A stretch of DNA of 44,454 bases from Octopus bimaculoides (taxonomy: Eukaryota): contig NC_068982.1 of assembly GCF_001194135.2 (NCBI RefSeq), forward strand, positions 27,038,689-27,083,142, written 5' to 3'. A model generated the notes under the pieces. The model ran no database searches and was not told where the DNA came from. It was given only the letters and a program-made list of their open reading frames with translations. Every line of letters begins with the position of its first letter. Positions within the stretch are counted from its first letter, which is position 1. The position numbers and the translations under genes were made by a program. This document shows positions 13,275 to 44,454 of the stretch, one piece after another.

Positions 13275-13632
13275 TTATTTATTTCATTCATTGGACTGTA
13301 GCTATGCTGCGACACTGCCTTGAAGGGTTTTAGTTGAACAAATCGGCCTCAATATTTAATTTTTTTTTAAACTTAGTACTTAGTACTTTAGTCTCTTGCT
13401 AAGCCACTAGTTATCGGGACATAAATAAACCAACACCGGTTATCAAGCAATGGTGGGGGACAAATGTGTGCACACACACATATATAGACAACAGGCTTCT
13501 TTCATTTTTCATCTACAAAATTCGCTCACATGACTTTGGTCAGCCCAAGGCATAATAAAAAGGCCATGAAGTGGGACTGAGCCTGGAGCCATGTGGTTGA
13601 GAAGCAAACTTCCTACCACACAGCCACTCCTG
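13275..13632 (-). mobile_element. Family C SINE with alternative tail (CAGCAT-GGCCGCAGTCC type)
   Basis: Same head as 8677. The tail differs from the RTE-like C tail and resembles the tail of the 29805 element. Ends ~100 bp upstream of the first coding exon. Confidence 0.7.
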
Positions 13633-13745
13633 CATTCTGTGCTTTTATTCATAGTATAAAATTGTTTGTTTATGTAAACGAACTTTTATATAATTCTATA
13701 TTTGATGTATGTCTTACTTTTCTTTGCAGGAGATCACCCGTTACA

Positions 13746-37852
<24,107 letters not shown>

Positions 37853-39530
37853 TTTTGAAAAATAAAGAAAAACACATATAGAAGAAAACACACAGGGTAG
37901 CAAATATCTTCAGAAATAAGTAGCATCTACGTATGATTGTCATTTTCATCTTTTATTACTCGTGGGCTGCTATAACTGATTAGTGTCAGTGTCATTTAAC
38001 AATTCTTTCCATCTGTGTATGGGATTTATTTCATTTACTGTGGTCCTCATTTTCAAAACATGGTAGGAATGCAAATAGCAAGAGAACCCAAGGGTCGTAC
38101 AAGACCTCCTTCACGGCCAACATATTGCTCCCGAGTCACAGATTGGAGAGCCCTGGCTTAGGCCGACACTATTTGTCAGTCTTCACCAGAAGTTGAAAGC
38201 CAATTAACTCCACTCTAGAAAATAACAGAAGAGGTGTGCACCATTGTAATTTCTTAACTTTAGCCATCTTTTTTACCCCATACCTTATTAACATAATTCT
38301 TAACACTGACACTGGGTAGAATTGTAAAATATTTGATTTAAAAATCATCCTGACGCTACACAATGTTCCATCTGCATTTTGTAGGAAGAATGCTTTGACC
38401 ATTTAGTATTCACACTACCACTGCTATACATTGTTCTGGAGTTTTTGGCTTTTGTTAAAGATGGTCTGTATTTCTCATGCCTATGTCTACTGATGTTTTC
38501 TACAGAAACATTGCATAGGTTGTTTTTGTTGACACTCTCATGATACACAAAGAATTGTCTTTGAGAATGAATTGAGGTTGACTCTTCTGGCTATCGGTAT
38601 AAATAAATAGCTGTGTCTTTGTTGATACTGTTACTTATTGCTAATAATCCTAATGGAATTTGTTTATTGAAAGTATATCCCATTATATGGGTAAATAAAA
38701 AGAAAAATCCAAGTTATTTTATTGTTCTTGTTCATTTCTTTTCAAAGTAAATGTTTAGATGAAAAATGTAATCTCAGTTTTATTTTATATACACACATTT
38801 TTTTTTTTTTGTAGAAACAAAAGAAAGACAATGATGCAATATTTTCTTTTGAACATTAGTAATGTTATTTTGTACAAGATACAAAGCAAATTTTATTTAT
38901 TTTTTAAAATTTAATAGAAAATAATTTTCAGGAAAATAGTAACCTACATCAATATTTTCCAATCTTTTCTTTTAGATTTGTCTCCTGTTTATTTAACACA
39001 AAATTTCATATCTATGCTTGCTTATACTTTTGAGACTCTCATGAATATCATGAATCTCATCTAATTTATTACATGAAATGAGAACTAAAGACTGGTCTTT
39101 AAACACTCTGAAGAGCTTTTCATCCTTTATAGTATATTACTGATAATTCATTTATCAAGTGTTAAAACAAAAATCAGTATTAAAAATATCAGCTGACAGG
39201 TTTTGATTTTTTTTTCACTACACTATTTTCTTTTACCAATATTTCTTTCACTTTTACATGGAATATGTCTGTGAATTTGAACATTTACTCAACAGTTGGT
39301 TCTTACAACTATATGTGTTCCTTGGTTAATTTCACAAGAATATGAGAGGAAAAATCAGATGCTTCAGTGTTTATACATGTTCAAAGTTATAAGCAATGTA
39401 ACTGAAATGAAACAGCTACAGGGGACCATTATGTTAATAAAATCAAAGTTGATAAAATATAGTAAGAAGCACAAAAACAAATAATAAACTAAATTATACA
39501 ACACAAAATACAAAAAAAAAGTTCAAGTGA
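37853..39530 (+). other. Probable LETM1 3' UTR / termination zone
   Basis: Mostly unique, U-rich sequence after the stop. AATAAA at 37861, 38602, 38694, 39436 and 39483. The site actually used cannot be told from sequence. Confidence 0.4.
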
Positions 39531-39541
39531 TGCAACCGGAA

Positions 39542-40487
39542 TGAGGGTGTGCTAAAAAGTTCGTAGGCTGACCAAAATACTCTCATGGAATGTGACCAAA
39601 TGAGGTTTATTTTTAAACATAGTCCCCTTTGCAGCTTACTTTTTCCATTGGTGTTGCATTGCTTGGATCCTATTGGTGAAGAAGTTTCGTTCCTGTTGAT
39701 AAGAAAAAAAAAAGTCATCAACAGCAGATATAACGTCCTCATCACAGCCATACTGGTTCCCAGCCAAGTGTTTTTTCGTGTTGGGAAACATGATAATCAG
39801 ATGAGGCCAGAGCCATTGAAACCAAAGATTTGTGTGCTGGAGCACTGTCGTGATGAATCAAAATTCCTTTCATTAGTTTTCCTGAGCATTTGGTCTTGAT
39901 CCTCTTTTGTAACTGCTTCAGCAAGTTGACATGGTATTCTCCATTGATGGTGTGGCCCTTCTGAAGATAGTCAATAAACAATGCCTTTTGCATCCCCAAA
40001 ATCTGAGGATGAAACAACCTTCGCAGGATATGCTAATAGCATTGGCTATTTGATTTATAGTCAATTGTCCTTCATCCATCACTATGTGGTGAATACGATC
40101 AATGTTTTCCTCGGTAGGTGCAGTTGCAGGATGTCCAGACCATGAGTCATCTTCAAGACTCTCCCAACCGCTCCTAAATTCAGTTGCCCACTTTTGCACT
40201 ATTGATAAAGCTTCAGTGTCCTCTCCTAATATTGCAACTATGTCAGCATTAATGTCCTTGGGAGCTAAACCGTTTTTTCTGTAGGTACTTGATAACACCA
40301 GGATGCTAAATTTTGTCCCATTTTCAAGTGAAGTTGCTACTAATTACTTTTGAAGTCTTATTTGAACAGTTAGATATCAGTTTATCTAGCAAGAAGCAAC
40401 GTAATTATTAATATAAGTTGAAATTAATGCATGCAAGATTTCACAGCTTTAGCATCGTTGGCCTATGAAGTTTTCAGCCCAAACTCG
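39542..40487 (-). mobile_element. Mariner transposon, internally deleted and frameshifted
   Basis: TIRs TGAGGGTGTGCTAAAAAGTTCGTAGGC / CGAGTTTGGGCTGAAAACTTCATAGGC; TA at 40488. HTH region (VQKWATEFRSGWESLEDD..SGHP) is joined almost directly to FIDYLQKGHTINGEY..HHDSAPAH..SDYH. The WVP and first catalytic Asp region is missing. Confidence 0.88.
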
Positions 40488-40656
40488 TATATTTGATTTG
40501 TTATGAAACTTTTATAAGTCCATTTGACTAAATGACAGGTGGGAGACAATTTCAAAGTTTGATAGTTAAAAATTCACGTAACTTGATATGGAACTGTAGA
40601 CATTCTCTTTGTCACATGCTGGCTAACAGAAAAAAAAAAAAAAAAAAAAAAGATCA

Positions 40657-40890
40657 AAGGCGGCGAGCTGGCAGAAACGTTAGCACGCCGGGCGAAATGC
40701 TTAGCGGTATTTCGTCTGCCATTACGTTCTGAGTTCAAATTCTGCCGAGGTCGACTTTCCTTTCATCCTTTCGGGGTTGATAAATTAAGTACCAGTTACG
40801 CACTGGGGTCGATGTAATCGACTTAACCCCTTTGTCTGTCCTTGTTTGTCCCCCCTATGTTTAGCCCTTTGTGGGCAATAAAGAAATAAG
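40657..40890 (+). mobile_element. Family A SINE, intact CpG-rich copy
   Basis: AAGGCGGCGAGCTGGCAGAA..GAGTTCAAATTC..CCTTTCATCCTTTCGGGG..AAAGAAATAAG; near-identical to 43339-43575. Confidence 0.9.
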
Positions 40891-41525
40891 AAGAAAAAAA
40901 AGAAAAGAACTTACAATACACCGCTGAAAGTCAAGGAACAAAACTACTGTATGAGTGAGTTGTGTACAAGTTATTCCCCTTAAATTGTCATAGCTTAACG
41001 GTTTGATTACGTCAAGGCAATCATTTATTTATCTTCGATTTTATTAAGTTCATTTGTATGAATTAATATTATACACTTTGTAATGTTATTCTAAACTGTT
41101 CGCCTAACTGCAAAATTCTAAGATATAACCATTAATTCTACGTAACTCATTTAAACTGAAACAAACCAATGGTCTTGAGTTAGTCGTGCAAGTGGTACCG
41201 ACTTAGATTAGGCGCTCATTAGTTTTTACGTCAGTTGCTTAATTTACTGAGTCGACTGTACTGTTAATCTCTTTAATATCGAAACACAGCAATCTAGGAT
41301 ATCCGTTATACTTGTTTCAAAATATATTTTATTTGTAACCTGAAAATAAGGCAACGATAGTAAATAGTGGTTAGAAAGAACTATTAAATACGAGGCTGTG
41401 AGTTGGCTAAGCTGTAAATATAGACAAAATGCGTAGCAGCATTTCGTCTGTTTTTATGTTCTGTGTTCAAATATCGCCGAGGTTGACTTTGCTTTTCATC
41501 TTTTCGGTATTAATAAAATAAGTAC

Positions 41526-41772
41526 TACATTATTTACATTCGACGGGTATTTGTCATCGTCTTGTTTGTTCTTAACACAACGTTTCGGCTGATATAACCT
41601 CCAGCTTTCTTCGGGTGTTTTGGGGAAATTTCGAACTTGGGTTCTCATTCCTAAGGGTTTTTTTTTTTTTTTAAATATTATTATTATTATTATTATTATT
41701 CAGGTCACTGCTTGGAATTGAACTCGGAATCTTGGGGTTAGTAGCCCGCGCTCTTAACCACTACGCCATATG
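41526..41772 (-). mobile_element. tRNA-headed retroelement (family H) with hammerhead-like 3' region
   Basis: Minus strand reads: A-box TGGCGTAGTGG, B-box GTTCAATTC, (AAT)n, poly-A, hammerhead-like fold at 41619-41574, end TGTAAATAATGTA. Confidence 0.75.
41574..41619 (-). ncRNA. Minimal type I hammerhead ribozyme motif, degenerate copy 1
   Basis: AACAC-CCGAAGA-A-AGCTG(10-nt loop)CAGCC-GAAAC-GTT-GTGTT. Deviations from consensus: U4C and G10.1A. Confidence 0.6.
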
Positions 41773-41778
41773 CCCCAA

Positions 41779-41824
41779 AACACCTGTTGAAGGCTGGAGG
41801 GTATATCAGCCGAAATGTTGTGTT
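41779..41824 (+). ncRNA. Minimal type I hammerhead ribozyme motif, degenerate copy 2
   Basis: AACAC-CTGTTGA-A-GGCTG(10-nt loop)CAGCC-GAAAT-GTT-GTGTT. Deviations from consensus: A6U and C15.2U. Confidence 0.6.
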
Positions 41825-41885
41825 AACAACAAACAAGATGAGGACAAATATCTGTCGAATGTAAATAATGTACATAATTCCTCGT

Positions 41886-42158
41886 GGAGGCGCAATGGCC
41901 CAGTGGTTAGGGCAGCGGATCGCGGTTTCTATTCCCAGACCACAACTTTCTCTCACTCTTACTTCCTGTTTCTGTTGTGCCTGTAATTCAAAGGGCCAGC
42001 CTTGTCACACTGTGTCACGCTGAATATCCCCGAGAACTACATTAAAGGTACGCCTGTCTGTGGAGTGCTCAGCCACTTGCACGTTAATTTCACGAGCAGG
42101 CTGTTCCGTTGATCGGATCAACTGGAACCCTCGACGGAGTGCCGACAACAACAACAAC
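41886..42158 (+). mobile_element. Family B SINE, tail type 2, internally deleted; (CAA)n tail
   Basis: Same head and tail as 35058 with three deletions. Confidence 0.85.
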
Positions 42159-42502
42159 AATATATATATGATGTATTCGTTTTTGTGTCACCGAGAGTCT
42201 GCAAGCTCTCCACTTAAACTAAGTCTACAGTGTATCATTATATATATATCAGTATCAAATTATGAAGTTGCGCTGCCACATGACATGTACAATTACATAT
42301 ATATTAGCATACCCGTATCGTCAAAAATATTGACAGTTTTTATGAATGACAGAAAATGGCGCATCAAAACAATGGGAGAAACCATTGATAAACTTACAAT
42401 AGAGTAAATATATGTACAAACACAATATCAAAACATAAACAATCAGATACGGTTATCACGTTTTTTATTTTAAATATTATCATCGTCGTAATTATATATA
42501 TA

Positions 42503-42862
42503 CAGGGTAACTCAATAGTCTCCATACATAGGAAATATTTTTTTTTATATAAGAAACAGTTAATAAGATCCCCTGATCTGACCCCTCTTGATTTCTATCT
42601 TTGGGGGCATTTGAAAGGCATGGTGTATTGCTGGAAGTTAAAGACCTAAATCATTTGAAGGAAAGCATCACCAACTCATTTGCACATGTATCATCAGATG
42701 TGCTATTACGAGTTCACAATGAGTTGGGTAAACGTATTGCAATGTGTATTCAATACAATGGTAACCATATAGAGCCTGTTAAATAAAAGATACTGTTCTT
42801 ATAAACTGTTTCTTACAAAAACATAAATTGTTCCTATGTATGGCGACTTTTGAATCACCCTG
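42503..42862 (+). mobile_element. Tc1/mariner (DDxD type) deletion derivative, 360 bp, TA TSD
   Basis: TIRs CAGGGTAACTCAATAGTCTCCATACATAGGA / CAGGGTGATTCAAAAGTCGCCATACATAGGA; TA at 42501 and 42863; retains the C-terminus RSPDLTPLDFYLWGHLK..NGNHIE. Confidence 0.88.
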
Positions 42863-42866
42863 TATA

Positions 42867-42966
42867 NNNNNNNNNNNNNNNNNNNNNNNNNNNNNNNNNN
42901 NNNNNNNNNNNNNNNNNNNNNNNNNNNNNNNNNNNNNNNNNNNNNNNNNNNNNNNNNNNNNNNNNN
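42867..42966. other. Assembly gap
   Basis: Run of N. Confidence 1.
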
Positions 42967-43199
42967 ATATATGAAACATATTCACTTTTCCATATTTGCA
43001 TGAATTAGATGGAATATAATGTGGCAACCCTCACCTGTTTCCAACTAAGGTAATGTTTTCCCATGCTCAGACATATTTTCACTGAAGATTGGAAACGGAC
43101 ATTGCTTGCATAACAGGAACCCCCACTTACAACTATCACAATTTCAAGATACACACACACACACACACACACATACACACACACACATACACGCATAAA

Positions 43200-43792
43200 T
43201 GTGTCGACTTTACCTTTCATCCTTTTGGAGTTGATAAAATAAGTTCTAGTTGAACATTAGGGCCGATGTAATCCACTTACCCTCTTCCACGAAATTGCTG
43301 GCCTTGTGCCAAAATTTGAAACCAATATTAACCTAATGAAAGGCAGCGAGCTGGCAGAATCGTTAGCACGCCGGGCGAAACGCATAGCGGTATTTCGTCT
43401 GCCGCTACGTTCTGAGTTCAAATTCCGCCGAGGTCGACTTTGCCTTTCATCCTTTCGGGGTCGATTAAATAAGTACCAGTTACGCACTGGAGGTCGATAT
43501 AATTGACTTAATCCCTTTGTCTGTCCTTGTTTGTCCCCTCTGTGTGTAGCCCCTTGTGGGCAGTAAAGAAATAAGAATCGTTAGCACACTCGTCAAAAAG
43601 TTTAGCGGCATATTGTCCGTTTTTACGTTCTGAGTTCAAATTCTGTCGAGGTCGACTTTGCTGTTCATCCTTTCGGGGGTCGCTAAAATAAGTACCAGTT
43701 GAGCACTGGGGTCGCTGTAATCAACTTACCTCCTCCCATCAAAAACTTCTGACCCTGTACCAAAAAAAAATGAAGCCAATATTAACCTAATG
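43200..43792 (+). mobile_element. Cluster of three family A SINE units
   Basis: 3' fragment 43200-43330, intact unit 43339-43575, head-clipped unit 43576-43790. Confidence 0.85.
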
Positions 43793-44411
43793 TTTATGAT
43801 ATTATAGAATAAAGTATTGATGAACGGAGCGCTGTCCTACGATGTACTGGTGAGAAGATCTTTGCGTCACAGTATATTGGATATTTACTATGTCACAGTT
43901 TCCTATTAAAAAGAACGTTGTCTTATTCTGGAGAACATATTGCATTACAGTTCTTTGGAAAACTGATTATTGTGTCTCGGTGTCTTGCTGAATGTAACAT
44001 TTTGCTTTATAATCAACACGTGAATTGGTCGCTGTGTCTCATTATAGACAATTGTTCTTCTGTAACCCACTGAAAATATAACTGTGCCAGAGTATTGGCC
44101 TAACAAATCATTTCGCCACAGTTTCATAATATACAGACGCTTGTCTCTCTCGAGCATGCTGTCCCATTAGGCCAGTGTTTATCTCGGTTTCTGAGGTATT
44201 TATGCGACTAAGAGTACATGACTTTCTCCTGAACAGGGTACTAATCTATTTCAGGGTTAATGACTCCTTTTCCACTGAGTAGACAGAAGCATTGTGAATT
44301 TAAGTACCTCATTGAAGGACGCAAAGCGCTGCCCAGTCCGACGAGTTTCCTCGTCAGCTCATTCCACAACAGTGAAATATTGTTCCAACTCACAACACAT
44401 TAATAATATTT

Positions 44412-44450
<39 letters not shown>

Positions 44451-44454
44451 ACAC

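Noticed and set aside
41007-41233. Two TTACGTCA (CRE-like) sites as a promoter
   Set aside because: No downstream or divergent exon is identifiable, and two 8-mers in a CpG-retaining AT-rich stretch can occur by chance.
43945-44157. 70-aa minus-strand ORF as a second gene
   Set aside because: No recognisable domain, no supporting splice structure, and the length is within random expectation.

Overview
AT-rich, repeat-dense eukaryotic genomic DNA with four assembly gaps. The repeat families look like octopus (inference; no database search was possible). The only protein-coding gene I can support is LETM1, the mitochondrial inner-membrane Ca2+(K+)/H+ exchanger, on the + strand. I reconstructed it by hand as 12 coding exons from 13746 to 37852. 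All introns are GT-AG with compatible phases, giving a 2316-nt CDS (771 aa). Coding exon 11, which carries the EF-hand, is absent from the ORF track. The rest is tRNA-derived SINEs built from interchangeable heads and tails, RTE and R4/Dong-type LINE remnants, Tc1/mariner deletion derivatives, a hAT MITE with a perfect 8-bp TSD, piggyBac-like MITEs and microsatellites. The best novel signal is at 41526-41872: a tRNA-headed (Pol III-type) retroelement whose 3' part holds a minimal type I hammerhead-ribozyme fold. That 3' part is duplicated in inverted orientation at the element's own 5' end, which resembles Penelope-like-element/retrozyme biology. Other leads are a non-acidic residue at EF-hand loop position 12, two phase-compatible candidate alternative exons, inverted repeat pairs in the pre-mRNA, and a sharp CpG boundary near 40.4 kb.
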